DNA of 64,000 bases. Origin: Macrostomum lignano (Eukaryota). The stretch is from positions 744,001 through 808,000 of the forward strand of contig NIVC01000061.1 in the NCBI GenBank assembly GCA_002269645.1, in the 5' to 3' direction. Shown here piece by piece: positions 40,886 through 55,700 of the stretch. Made by a program: the position numbers and the translations under genes. Position 1 is the stretch's first letter. Each line of letters opens with the position of its first letter. Under the pieces are notes generated by a model. That model was not told where the DNA came from. It did not search any database and worked only from the letters and a program-made list of their open reading frames with translations.

Positions 40886-43800
40886 GCACAAAATTAATCA
40901 ATAGCTCGTATAACAGCTATATGACCTTCTCTGTACCCATTTGTATGGCAGCTTATGTATTTCTACTTTTAGTAGCATCTAAAGTAGAATATTTTTAATT
41001 TACTCTCAGCAACTGATATGCTTATTTCAAACATTAAACAGAAATTTTCAAATGTTTACCAACTAAAATTCACAAAGCATATAGTTTAATTATACATCAT
41101 GATCAAAGATATATAATCAAAATACATTTTTACTTTTACAATTTAGTCTTATATAATGACTCAATAGGGCAGGCTGGCTTTAGTGGACCAGAAAAATGAA
41201 GTTTTTTTTCAATTTTTTGTTAATTTCGAACTATTCGTTTTTTATCTTATGCTTGGCCCATTACCATGATTTTATTTGGATGTTTATTGTTTAACATAGG
41301 ATAAATTGACTTTAAACTCTTAATAATACATTATATCTACTTATGAAATTCTATTTTCTAGTAGCTTTTTTACCACTTCACTTTTCTGCTTGTTAAGTAT
41401 GATGATAGGCTTGGATTTTGTTTAAATAGGTACTTTCAAAAGCTTTATATTATCCATTTTGCTATTAGGGCATAACATCTTATAGAAAAAAATGTTTTAT
41501 AGGATTTATTTAGATTTCTATTTTTAGGCAAAATGTCATCAACAAGGTCAATAAGAAGCAGGACAAAACATAGCTTTCTGTCCTAGGTAGATAACTTTGT
41601 TAAAGAAAGCAGGCTAAATAATGTTGCAATTGATGGTATTAATCAGGCTGATAAAGTGCAATCAAATGCTAAATCATAAAGTTTAAAGTCAAACACTTCA
41701 AATTGAGATTACACAACAATCAAACTTTGCTTTCCATTGCTATCATCTATCCCAAATTATTTTACTCCCCAATCCAATCACTTCCTATGACTGCCAAAGC
41801 CAACAAACTAAAGCATCTACAAGATGAGCTGAGTCTAAGTGCCAGTGACAAAGGAGAGTTAGACAGTGATACTGAAAATGAACTACTAGCCCTGGAATGC
41901 CAAAGAACTAGGCCCAATCCTCCAGGAGCAAGGCTCCAGCCATCCTTAGTTGTTGTGCACCCAGATTGGCCCCTTTCCACAACATCCCAAGATTGGGCCA
42001 AGCTATTGAAATAGTAGGCTGATGCCCCAATTAATGTTTCCCCTGCCATAGCATGATGACAGCCCAAAGATGACAACTAAGGTTGCCTATTAAACAGCCA
42101 TTGTCCCCTTCTCTGGTAATGCCACCATCAACCTACAAAATGCAACCCCAGCATCAGGCTGTGACCAGGCTGCTAGCAAAACAAGAAATCCCAACTGAGA
42201 TCCTGCCATTAATGTGAGATGTGTCCAAGCTAGAACCACTCCACAAAATCAGTGGCAATTATAGCAAGATCATTGCTAAAATGCTGGAGCATTACCACAT
42301 CAAGTATTGCTAACTAGTCACAGAGATCCAACTCTATTTGGTGTGAGTAGGGCGATATCGCATGGATGGTTGGCCATTTCCTATATGAGACAACCTTTGC
42401 TCCACTATCCAGACATTACAGTGAATGCTGACTGCCCATGCTGTTGCAGTCTGGAAATGCATAGTTGCAAATGCACTGTTTGATTTAAACATAGCTGGGT
42501 CAACTGAGCCAATGTCTATACTGTGGTCTAGTGGCTTGGCAAGGAGTGTGGCTGGCCCTACTTAGATCAGTTGCCAAAGGGGATACTGACTAAAACCTAG
42601 AAAAATACTCATTTATAAATGCATTCCTATTTTTCATGTTTAGAAAAACAATTGTTATAGTTATTTTAGTAGTGCTTATTATTGCAAACCAATATACTTT
42701 GCCTTCCTTTTTTTAGTAGTATATGCTTATTTTGTGAAATAAAGACACACAAATTACATGTTTTTACTGATAAAAATATCTCTACCTTTTTCTAATAAAA
42801 TAGCTACTTGAATATATCTGAATAACCTATATTGCAATATTATTCATATTTTATATTTTCTCATCTAAGTTTTTTTTCAAAATAGTCCACCATCTTTAAT
42901 GATTTTTGTATGAATACTAGCAAAAATATCTTGAAGAGATAACTCTTTCTTGAAACTGCTTTGTTTGCCTATTCAGCCTTGCTAACTAGTGCCTATAGCA
43001 TTGAGGCCTTGATGAACATTTTGTATAGCATAAAGAACCTTTTCAAACTGATAATTAGGTTGATAATTTACCTTTCTTGTCTATACTATTTATAGCAGAT
43101 AACTAATATGCACAAAATTTTGTTTTATTATATTATTAATGAGCCTAACAATAACTCTTCTAGTCTAGATAATTCTATAAGTGTATGCCAGGTGTGCACA
43201 CATACTTTTTTCTTAGGAATTTTGCATGCTAATTGTGCATGCCAACTTTTGGCGCACAAGGCCAATGCACACTCGAATTTTTGGGCATATATTGGGCATT
43301 AACAATATGATCTAGGGTATGGTAGCAATTAGGCAATTAGGTTCCAATAGAATTTAGCAATTAGGTTCTCCAATAAATTTTTTATCTATAAACAAAAGAC
43401 AAAAAACTAAAATTAAATAGGATAAGCAAAATATATTGCAAAAAAATTAAAACTAAAGATATAAAGAATAATTTTTTATTCCTTATTATTAAAATTATTT
43501 TCAAAAATAATTGTATTTTTACTTTATTTAGTAGGCATAAATTAGTAGTACATGAATTATCTTTACTTTATTTGTACTTATCTGTACTTTATTTAGTACA
43601 TGAATTCCTCAAGATGACTCAAAAGGGCCATGCATAGCTTGGAACTTTGCCTTACAGTGCATCCATGTCCCCTTGATGAGGTTTGTATGCATAGTTGGGT
43701 CTTGAGAATTGATGAATGAGAACTAGTGGTTGACAGCAGCATGATTCTGGAGCTGGGTATATGCTTGCCATCTATTAATAAACACATGTGTACCAGGGAG

Positions 43801-46800
43801 AATGTGGCGTTGAATTAAAGGTAGCAGTGTTGTAGCAGTGCAGTTGGGAACAGCAATCATCACACACCTCCTAGCACTATGTTCATCATTGTTCAACCAT
43901 GCCTAGTACCTATTGTCCAGGCTGGTGGGCACTTTAGTTAGTACTTTCGGTGAAAGAAATAGGGTTTTTTTTATTTGAGGCAGGGGGGTTGTATGCACCC
44001 TGGCACCTTTAAGTGACATAGGCACACAACTGGCAAGAGGCATTATTGCCCATTCTGCTGACTCCCCTGAGCAGGCATACCAGCGTATAGATACGTATAT
44101 AGGCTCACACTCACATAGGAGTATACAGTGGCCCTAACTTTATATTATCATTAGGCATGTACACTTCATTGCGCCTTGGAGGGTTGGCTCTCAAGGCCAT
44201 TAATTGCACAAGCAGAGCCAAGCCAAGATTCCAATTCAGCCCCAAATTAATGTGATTGCACTTGGAATCGAGCCTAGGTTGCTGGCACACCAGAGCAGCT
44301 GCACTAGACCGCTGGGCTATGGCCCCCTGCATCTAGAGTAACTTTCATTTGTATTGTAGTAGTTGGGTACCACCGATTTATTATTTGCTCATTTGATTTT
44401 AATAACATTACAGTTTCTGGACAATAAAATTATGCGTACCTTATTCTAGTCCCTGTTAGTCTACTCCCTGGCGCAAGTCATGACATATTTTTGCCCCCTT
44501 TCTGTTCCCCCTTGCCCCATTTTCTGGTGCTATATGACCAAATTGTGTTTTTCTTTTGTTTTACTATGTATTTCTGCGGTAATTTTGTTGAATCCTTTTT
44601 TGGCCTTTTGAGTTTTCGCCCCTCCCTAGTTTCTGGGCCTCGCCAGCCTTTTTATGTCTTGTCTCTAGGTATTTATTCCCACCCCTTGCACCTGCCCCCT
44701 CCTCATGCATTGCATTTTCGTTCCTTTTGTTCATTCATCTTCTTCTTTGTCTTCTTCCTTCCCCCTTTGCCTTTGCCTCCCCGCCTCCTTCTGTGACGTC
44801 CCTCTACAACTTCCTTCAGGGATTTCCTTTTTTACTAGTTTAATAACTTTAAGATAACTCAACTAACTACTGCCTGACTGAGAACTAACTTAGTTTAACT
44901 TTTCTTGAAGCGAAGGTCCGCACTGCGGCTCCCTGATTATCTGTCATTGGTTGTTTCCTAATTTACGCGTGTGAGACATAGTATAATACTTTTAGCTGTC
45001 TTTTGTAATAACTCATTAAGCAATAAACTCGCATTAATTTACTACAATCCGTTCTTCAATTAAAAGCCATAGCTTAACTTAAGTCATTTGCCCATGGGGT
45101 GTAAAATAACCCAGTCTCACCTTGAAGCAAGCTTTGAAACTTTTCAATGTTTCGTACTACACAAATTTTGGTGGTGGCAGCGCTACTTTACTGTTAGTAA
45201 CACAACAAGAATATGAAACACATTAAATTTATAGTGTCTGAGGACCTGCATCTGAATGCTTGCGCCAATTGAAGACCGCTCACTTACAACTAACTACCCT
45301 CCCCCTGGGATTGAAGACCCTAGCAGACGGAGTATCTACGAGTTGTTTTTATTGGGATTTGCCCATGCAAATTTTCTGGATTTAATTTGTGCAAAATAAT
45401 GATGGCGCCCATTCGAAGGCCTGAGCCACTCAAATTTGACATTAGAGCAAGTGAACACTGGACAATCCTGACCACAACCAATTCTAAATTGCCCCCACCT
45501 CAGTATTTTGCCAACATGTATGGAAAACATATATTGCAAAGAAAGGTGTGCATATGCATCTAGCCCAATGAAAACAATACCTAGGTAAAGAAGCATTCGA
45601 AGTGTTTGCCTCCCTAAATAGGATTATTAGGACAAATTATTTTTTATATTTTTATATTTTATTTTATGAAGCCTATTTTATTTTTTATTTTACTTTATTT
45701 TAATATTTTTATATTATTTATATTTTTTATTTAATTTAGTTTAAATATATTTTGTACCCCCTTGTACAAAGCATTTGCCTCCCTAAATAGGATTAATAGG
45801 ACAAATTATTTTTTGTACCCCTTTCTAGTTTTCTAGCGATATCCCCACAGTTTTAATCATAGACAGTTGCTAAAAGACAATTGTTACTTCACTTTCTTCC
45901 ACGCCTTGGTGCAATTTCAATTTCATGCTTTTCTAAATGCTACAAATATTTCTACAACATACTATTATTGTTTCTGTTGTTTAAAGTTGGTACTGTTTAT
46001 GTTCAAATGAAAAATTAATTTAACAAATGAAAGAGGAAAATTACCAAGTTCTTATAATTGTTTGCTAAGCAAAAATTTGAAGCAAAAAAATTATTGAACA
46101 TGTGCAGGGCAATCTATAATTGTACGAGTAATAATGTTTTTAAATTTGTGCCTAAACGCTAAGTAAATAGTTTGTTATACTGTACGATTTTCTCATAATA
46201 TCTTACAAATATAATTTTTGTTTTAAATCTACGAGTAAAATAGTATAAATAGAAGCAATTTTGGCGGAGGAAGAACCAACCTTGTGCATCGCGGTTCAAT
46301 AATACAAGTTGATAGCAATTAATAAGAGTTCCGAGAAAATAAGAATTGAAGAAGTGTTTTCTGTATTCATTCCTTTAAGAAGTAAGAGTGAAATAGACGG
46401 AAGTGTGTACCGTATATACTACTAAAAAGGAAAGTGTTGAGTAGTAAGAAGTTGCGAAGTAGATCTGAAGTAAGACGTGTAAGAATAATGGAGGCTGTGA
46501 CCCTCTGATCTCAGTAACGCCCAAGGACTTGCAAAGTACATGAAATACATATACCAGTAAGCCAAAATACCGCTCAGGCCATTAGATAAGTAGAACACTA
46601 CCAGAATAATAGAACGCTACCAGAATAATCAAAAGAGTAAAATCTTTTAGGGCTAACAGTTTTTCTCAGACTAAATACTCAGACTAAATACTCAGACTAA
46701 ATACTCAGACTAAATACTCAGACCTATTCTAAGAAACATTTCTCAGATTATTTTAAGATTAATAAACTCATATTTTATTAATAGGATAATCCTGGTGGCA

Positions 46801-49787
46801 GCTACCAACTTAAGAGATTAGTAAATTAGCCCTGTGATAGCTTTTGGTGACAGTGTGAAATTATTATTAGAGACAGAAGCTAGCCCTAAGACAACTTTGG
46901 TAACAGCGGTGGGATTCTCAGTGCACAGGAAACACACCTAGTACAACTTGGTATGGTAACAGCAGTGGGATATTATTAAGAAGAAAGAATCACCCCTGTT
47001 ACAACTTTGGTGGCATTTAGTAGGATTCTCAGTGCACAGGAAACACACCTAGTACAAACAAAAATGTAAGAATGCCACAAATAGACCTATAGTATACAAT
47101 GTAATATATTAGAATTAGTATTATCACAATATAATATATATAATATATGTTTTTATTTAATATAAAATACTTAATATAATTTGTATATAAAACATTATAT
47201 AATTTAACAAATTTACTCATTCAATATTACTATTTGCTTTTCATAGACCCTACTTAACTTTAGTTTAGATCCTAGTAACTAAATATTGTAATTTAAAAAT
47301 AGACTTAAACCAATGTTACTAAAGTATCTGTAAATGAAACAACTGGCGAAACAAAAAATAGGTCTATACTATACGCCTGCTATTCAAATAATTCAATTCA
47401 ATTCAATTATATTTTTATATGTGATTCTGTGTGAACTAAAGTCTTTAGTCTTATTGAGTGTATTCTGTATGTTTATGTTGAGATATGTCTATTTATAACA
47501 GTTCATTTCATTAAAAGCTAGAAATGATAAATGATATGAGAAATGAGAAATGAGAAATGAGAAATGATAAAAATTGCCAGTGGTTCTGCTGCTGCAAAAT
47601 AAGCTGCTGCTTGTCTTAATCTAATCGCATCTTTTCGTCGAAAAAGAAAAATTGTGTTTCGAAATCGTAGGTTCAGAGGTTCTTTTTACAAGAGAGATTT
47701 TTAAATATATATATTTTAAATATTTTTATTTCAGGCACAAAAAAAAGTTTGAATGAACTTTTTATGCTTTTTTAGTTTTTTTTAGCTCGGGAGGTTTTGA
47801 ATTTGTTGTAGTGAATCGGCGCGATAAATAATTCAAATTTTCGTATTACATTACAACTCAAATTGATCGAGCTCAGACCTTGCTAAACTAAAGAAAAATT
47901 CTTTGACTCAGTGATTAGCACAATACACAACTAGCAGACTCAACGTTTTCACTTTTCAGATGTAATTACTCACTTTAAAGTATACCTCAGGTCAATTGTA
48001 TTGGATCCCAGTCACAGGTGGTGATCTTAGAGAAAAGTAGTGTTAATTAATCCTCTCTGTTGTCTGGGCTAACTTAAAATTCGATTTTGTGAATGGAGTG
48101 GGTTAATGAGGTGTCAAGATTAACTGAATCAATTCATCAAAAAGAGCAGTTCGGCTTTCTCTTAAATTTTGAATGCAAAATTATTAAATTACTTAACTAA
48201 GTGGAGCGGTAATTATGGCCTTTTAAAGCTACATGTAACTACCAATTCCTAATCTATAGGGGCAGAAGTTCTACTTTTGTATCCCTGTTAGATTTTTATC
48301 CCATGATAAAATTAGCAAGACTTGATATATAGATTACTTAGATACTAGAACTGAAGTTTAATTTGTGGTGGTTTGATTAAGTTGTATTATGATATTAATT
48401 CTGATACTCCAGCAAATTCTGATACCCCCCGCTCCACTTATGTAATTTAATAATTTTGCATTTCAAATGCTAGCTTGCCTCATTCTACTTAGATCCTGCG
48501 TGGGTTTGGTCCAACTCGGATGGCAAAGGGATCACAGGGGACGCGAAGAGTTATTCACGGGTCCAGGCCGCGTGCACAACCACAATGCAAGCTATTTATA
48601 AATATATATTGAGCTAGTACTCCCAGGCAAATGTTGTTCTATATTACATTGGCTCATATCTTTCCTATGATGAAACTAGCTCGTACGAGTGAGCATACAT
48701 TTTACCTAGCAAATTTTCTCTTACAGTTAAATTAAGAGATGAAGAAGGCAGGGAACGAATCGATGATGGATGTACCTTAGCCACTTAGGACCACTTAGCC
48801 TCAACCATTGCACTCAAAGGGGGGCGGCAATGAACCAGTTGAACTCAGAAAATTCAAATTCACCTGAAAGTGTCAGAAATTCGGGCAATGAGTAATTAAC
48901 GGCCGAAAACTCAAGACACTGCAGGATGCGCCGATGGCGCGGTTGCTGAAGCACAAGACCCACAAAGCAAGGGCAGGAGGGCGAGCATCACAGGCCACGC
49001 ATTTCAAGCCATGTCAAACTTGAGCTGATTGAATCAATGGAACAAAAAATTCCCGGATGTTGAAACTGACAAATTGTTCGTCAAGAGCGGGGCTGCAGCT
49101 TGAGAGAGAGAACCTCTATGTATCGGGAGGAGAGACTGGTGAAAATTAGTCCGAGACTATAATTATTAACTCTCACGCGCAAGCTATAGAGAGCTTACAC
49201 CGGAACTTACGGAAGCTTTAACGGGCCCAATAACTGTTCAAAGACTATCAATGACTTTTAAAATACACTTGAAAATAGAATTTTATGACCTCCACAATTG
49301 CGTTAGCTTTAGTAGGCACCAAATGCGCTAGTGCTCATGGTGATAATAGGGCCTCATGAGTGTTAACGAGAATCAGAGCCACTTAATTGTTTAGTTCGCA
49401 AGCAAAAGAGAATCAGAAAAAGCATCCAGACACATTGAAGACTTTACTAAATGGAAGGCATTATACTGCAAACTGCTTGGCGTCTACAGTGGCCATCTAT
49501 GCGCGAAGTTTAAAAAATAAAAGAGGGACGGCTGCAGATAACAGGTGCGTCAGACAGAGGCATGGAGACCCAGGTGGACTTTGGCATCTGGATTGGAAAC
49601 AAACCAGATTGCAGACACCCAGGCATTTATGCTCTGTACTCCGCGACTCTTGTTTTCCAGCTTCCATGCCCCTCTGTCTCTCTGTGCTCGTATTTTTGCA
49701 AATGTCTCACTCCTCTGCTTCATAAATGTGAGCGCGAGCGCAGCAGCTGCGCAGACCTAAAAGCTTCAACCAGCGCACCTGCCCAGA

Positions 49788-52700
49788 ATGGCCCAGTCAA
49801 CTCGATCAGGTTCGGGCGGGTCCGCTGACGGTCGTTTCGAATTACCCGCCATCAACACCCGGCATAACCCGCACCCACACAGGTGCGTCCACATCAGCTC
49901 CCTGCACGGCTGCCAGGTGCCCAGCGTGGTCGATGATCAAATGCCGCTGCATCTGCACGTGTGAGTTCCTTTGGTGCTGAGTTCCCTTGGTGCTGAGTTC
50001 CTTTGGTGCTGAGTACCTTTGGTGCTGAGTTCCTTGGGTGCTGATTACCTGTTCGTGGGTGCTGATTACCTGTTCGTGGGTGCTGAGTACCTGTTCGTGG
50101 GTGCTGAGTACCTGTTCGAGGGTGCTGAGTACCTGTTCGTGGGTGCTGAGTACCTGTTCGTGGGTGCGACTCTGAATTCCTGCTCACCAGATGAGTTCAA
50201 TTCGCTGTCCAGTATCATTACTAAATATTCGTTAAAAACCAAAATTGAAATTAAATTTAAAGAATTTTACTTTTTAATTTTTTGCGCACTACTGACAGAC
50301 ACTAATTACCAGTAGTAAAAGCAGTACATTGAGAGTTTAGCTGATCTTCAATTAAACTTGCTGGAAATCCGCTCAGCTGCTACCCGACAGCCCGGCCGGA
50401 GGTGCTGCGCGCGGCCGCTGCCAAGCCCAGCGAGCAGCTCAACGGTCTGGCGAAACCTGAGCACCTTGAGCAGTTTTCTCGGCTGCTGGCTAAGGATAAG
50501 TCCGAGTCCTGTAGTGCCTGGCGCGGTGCGCTGTCCAGCCTCACCCGGGAGACTTTCGGCGTCGGCGGCGACGGCAGCAGCGGTGACGGCGCCGTTCCGG
50601 AACGGCCCGGCCGGACTCGAGCGGGTGAAACTTGGTTTTTCGGGGTGATAGTCTAGAGTGCCAGAAGGGTGACGGAAGGGTTACAGCACAGAGTGACAGA
50701 AGGGTGACGGCAGAGGGTGCTATAACAGTGACACTATTATGGTCTCTCTCTGCCTCTCTCCCTGCTTCTCTCCCTGCCTCTCCCTCTGCCTCTCTCCCTG
50801 CCTCTCTCCCTGCCTCTCCCCCTGCCTCTCTCCCTGCCTCTCCCCCTGCCTCTCTCCCTGCCTCTCTCCCTGCCTCTCTCCCTGCCTCTCTCCCTGCCTC
50901 TCCCTCTGCCTCTCCCTCTGCCTCTCTCCCTGCCTCTCTCCCTGCCTCTCCCCCTGCCTCTCTCCCTGCCTCTCTCCCTGCCTCTCTCCCTGCCTCTCTC
51001 CCTGCCTCTCCCTCTGCCTCTCTCCCTGCCTCTCTCCCTGCCTCTCTCCCTGCCTCTCCCCCTGCCTCTCCAGATTAAGAAATTAACCCAAGCCTGTGTA
51101 AAGCTGTTCGTCCTTAAAATAAGCACTATATTGTTTTTTATTTATCACCGTCCTCATGCGCTAGAGAATTTCTCTTGTTTGTATAGTGTTGGAGTAAACG
51201 CGGATAAGCCTTAAGCCGCGTACTAAGAGATGTGTAGAGAAGCAGGGAAGAGGCAGGAGAGAGGCAGGGAGAGATGCAGTAGGGGGGAGAGGGTGACAAA
51301 AGATAGATATACTCAACAACATTAAATTTCAGCTCAGTTTTGACTTTTGAGTGACGCAACTTGCGCCACGCGACGCAGAGTTGGTCTGGATGAGGAGGGA
51401 TTGGGAAGAGCGGAGGGCGAAGATTGGAATAATTGAAGCTTCCACTCGGTTTTAATTGTTTTTTTCAAGCATTTTTTAATATCAAAATGGCTGGCCAGGT
51501 GATAGACACTGGTCGAAAGGCACTCATGCTCACTGGGACAAAGGGTGGCGACTTTTCAATGTTTCTGAGTATAGATAGATACCTAGAGACAAAGAATTTT
51601 TATACAGTGGATTGTTTTTCTCTCTATAGGTACTTCAGTTTGTAAAATCTAACAAATTGAATTAAAGTAGCATCATAATAATTATGTACATATTTCTAAC
51701 AGTGTACAATGCTGGTTACAAACGGTAAATCAGAATAGTTCTGTGAGAGTCCGACTTGACAAAGTTTCGTTTCAATGAAACGATCGATTATTTATAATTG
51801 GGCTTGGGGTGGTCTGCTAGCCTCGGTGTACAATGGAAATGGAGAAGCTGTCTGATTGGTCGGACAGCCGGACCTCTCTCAGACCCTCTCCCATTGAACA
51901 TCCACCCCAACCCCCAACCCCCACCCCAACCCAGACTGTTGCATTAGCACAAGGGTTTGCAAAGGCAATTTTCAAATTATCATTCTAAATAATTAGGGGT
52001 GGTTACACTGCACAATATAAACTCATGCGTCTTCAACCATCGTGTGTGTTTCAATACCGATTGCCAATCTAATTGACTTAGCGAATTGTCAAAAATGTCA
52101 GCTCGACTGCATCCGTTGTTGATTGCGTTGGCTCTTTGGGCCTCATTGACGCTGGCAGCCCCTCCCTTCGGAACTGACACCGGCAACAACGGCAGTGACG
52201 ACGACTGGAAAGTGTCCGAAACTGGTGCTGGCAGCAAGGACGACGACTGGAAAGTGTCAAAAACCGGTGCTGCTAAAAATGACGACGACTGGAAAATAGC
52301 GAAAACCGGTGCTGGCAGCAAGGAAGACGATTGGAAAGTGCCCAAAACCGTTGCTGGCAACAAGGAAAACGCTGGTACCAAAGACAACGACTCAAATGTG
52401 GCCAAAACCGGTGCTGCTAAAAAGAACGACGACTGGAAAGTGCCCAAAACCAATGCTGGCAGCAAGGACGACGACTGGAAAGTGACCAAAAGCGGTGCTG
52501 GTAGCAAGGACGACGACTGGAAAGTGCCCAAAACCAATGCTGGCAGCAAGGACGACGACTGGAAAGTGCCCAAAACCAATGCTGGCAGCAAGGACGACGA
52601 CTGGAAAGTGCCCAAAACCAATGCTGGCAGCAAGGACGACGACTGGAAAGTGACCAAAAGCGGTGCTGGTAGCAAGGACGACGACTGGAAAGTGCCCAAA

Positions 52701-55700
52701 ACCAATGCTGGCAGCAAGGACGACGACTGGAAAGTGCCCAAAACCAATGCTGGCAGCAAGGACGACGACTGGAAAGTGACCAAAAGCGGTGCTGGTAGCA
52801 AGGACGACGACTGGAAAGTGCCCAAAACCAATGCTGGCAGCAAGGACGACGACTGGAAAGTGCCCAAAACCAATGCTGGCAGCAAGGACGACGACTGGAA
52901 AGTGCCCAAAACCAATGCTGGCAGCAAGGACGACGACTGGAAAGTGACCAAAAGCGGTGCTGGTAGCAAGGACGACGACTGGAAAGTGCCCAAAACCAAT
53001 GCTGGCAGCAAGGACGACGACTGGAAAGTGCCCAAAACCAATGCTGGCAGCAAGGACGACGACTGGAAAGTGACCAAAAGCGGTGCTGGTAGCAAGGACG
53101 ACGACTGGAAAGTGCCCAAAACCAATGCTGGCAGCAAGGACGACGACTGGAAAGTGCCCAAAACCAATGCTGGCAGCAAGGACGACGACTGGAAAGTGTC
53201 CAAAACCAATGGTGGCAGCAAGAACGACGACTGGAAAGTGTTTAAAACCAATGGTGGCAGCAAGAACGACGACTGGAAAGTGCCCAAAACCAATTCTGGC
53301 AGCAAGGACGACGACTGGAAAGTGCCCAAAACCAATGCTGGCAGCAAGGACGACGACTGGAAAGTGCCCAAAACCAATGCTGGCAGCAAGGACGACGACT
53401 GGAAAGTGACCAAAAGCGGTGCTGGTAGCAAGGACGACGACTGGAAAGTGCCCAAAACCAATGCTGGCAGCAAGGACGACGACTGGAAAGTGCCCAAAAC
53501 CAATGCTGGCAGCAAGGACGACGACAGGAAAGTGACCAAAAGCGGTGCTGGTAGCAAGGACGACGACTGGAAAGTGCCCAAAACAAATGCTGGCAGCAAG
53601 GACGACGACTGGAAAGTGCCCAAAACCAATGCTGGCAGCAAGGACGACGACTGGAAAGTGTCCAAAACCAATGGTGGCAGCAAGAACGACGACTGGAAAG
53701 TGTTTAAAACCAATGGTGGCAGCAAGAACGACGACTGGAAAGTGTCCAAAACCAATTCTGGCAGCAAGGACGACGACTGGAAAGTGTCCAAAACCAATGC
53801 TGGTAGCAAGGATGACGACTGGAAAGTGTCAAAAACCGGTGCTGCTAAAAAGGACGACGACTGGAAAGTGTCCAAAACCAATGGTGGCAGCAAGAACGAC
53901 GACTGGAAAGTGTCCGAAACCGGTGCTGGCAGTAAGGAAAACACTGGTACCAAAGACGACGAGTGGAAAGTGTCCAAAACCAATGCTGGCAGCAAGGACG
54001 ACGACTGGAAAGTGTCCGAAACCGGTGCTGCTAAAAAGGACGACGACTGGAAAGTGTCCAAAACCGGTGCTGGCAGTAAAGAAAACACTGGTACCAAGGA
54101 CGACGATTGGAAAGTGCCCAAAACCAATGCTGGTAGCAAGGAAGACGACTGGAAAGTGCCCAAAACCGTTGCTGGCAACAAGGAAAACACTGGTACCAAG
54201 GAAGACGACTGGAAAGTGCTCAAAACCGTTGCTGGTAGCAAGGACGACGACTGGAAAGTGTCCGAAACCGGTGCTGCTAAAAAGTACGACGACTTGAAAG
54301 TGTCCAAAACCAATGGTGGCAGCAAGGACAACGACAGGAAAGTGGCAAAAACTGGTGCTGACAGCAACGGAAAGAGTATCTGGAAGGCAGCCAACACCGG
54401 ATCTGAAAGCAGCAACGACGACTGGAAGGCAGCCAACACCGGATCTGAAAGCAGCAACGACGACTGGAAGGCAGCCAACATCGGTTCTGAAAGCAGCAAC
54501 GACGACTGGAAGGCAGCCAACACCGGATCTGAAAGCAACAACGACGACTGGAAGGCAGCCAACACCGGTTTTGAAAGCAAAAACGACAACTGGAAGGCAG
54601 CCAACACCGGTTCTGAGAGCAACAACGACAACTGGAAGGCAGCCAACACTGGTACTGAAGGCAACGACAACTGGAAAGCAGCCAACACCGGATCTGAGAG
54701 CAGCAACGACAACTGGAAGGCAGCCAACACCGGTTCTGAGAGCAGCAACGACAACTGGAAGGCAGCCAACACCGGTTCTGAGAGCAGCAACGACAACTGG
54801 AAGGCAGCCAACACCGGATCTGAAAGCAGCAACAACTGGAAGGCAGCCAACACCGGATCTGAAAGCAAAAACGACGCCTTGAAGGCAGCCAACACCGGAT
54901 CTGAAAGCAGCAACGACGACTGGAAGGCAGCCAACATCGGTTCTGAAAGCAGCAACGACGACTGGAAGGCAGCCAACACCGGATCTGAAAGCAACAACGA
55001 CGACTGGAAGGCAGCCAACACCGGTTTTGAAAGCAAAAACGACAACTGGAAGGCAGCCAACACCGGTACTGAAGGCAACGACAACTGGAAAGCAGCCAAC
55101 ACCGGATCTGAGAGCAGCAACGACAACTGGAAGGCAGCCAACACCGGTTCTGAGAGCAGCAACGACAACTGGAAGGCAGCCAACACCGGTTCTGAGAGCA
55201 ACAACGACAACTGGAAGGCAGCCAACACTGGTACTGAAGGCAACGACAACTGGAAAGCAGCCAACACCGGATCTGAGAGCAGCAACGACAACTGGAAGGC
55301 AGCCAACACCGGATCTGAAAGCAGCAACAACTGGAAGGCAGCCAACACCGGATCTGAAAGCAAAAACGACGCCTTGAAGGCAGCCAACACCGGATCTGAA
55401 AGCAGCAACGACGACTGGAAGGCAGCCAACACCGGATCTGAAAGCAGCAACGACGACTGGAAGGCAGCCAACACCGGATCTGAAAGCAGCAACGACGACT
55501 GGAAGGCAGCCAACACCGGTTTTGAAAGCAAAAACGACAACTGGAAGGCAGCCAACACCGGTACTGAAGGCAACGACAACTGGAAAGCAGCCAACACCGG
55601 ATCTGAAAGCAGCAACAACTGGAAGGCAGCCAACACCGGATCTGAAAGCAAAAACGACGCCTTGAAGGCAGCCAACACCGGATCTGAAAGCAGCAACGAC

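Noticed and set aside
41703-42560. Decayed gag or transposase ORF in the CpG desert
   Set aside because: Stop density is near random expectation and I recognise no diagnostic motif; only the CpG depletion is reported.
40886-49700. First coding exon of TBC1D22 (expected FWK-type motif)
   Set aside because: No convincing candidate found by eye; the 5' end is left unresolved.
52190-54300. DDDWKV as LC3-interacting (LIR) motifs
   Set aside because: The residue at W+3 is P/S/T rather than L/I/V, and the protein has a signal peptide.
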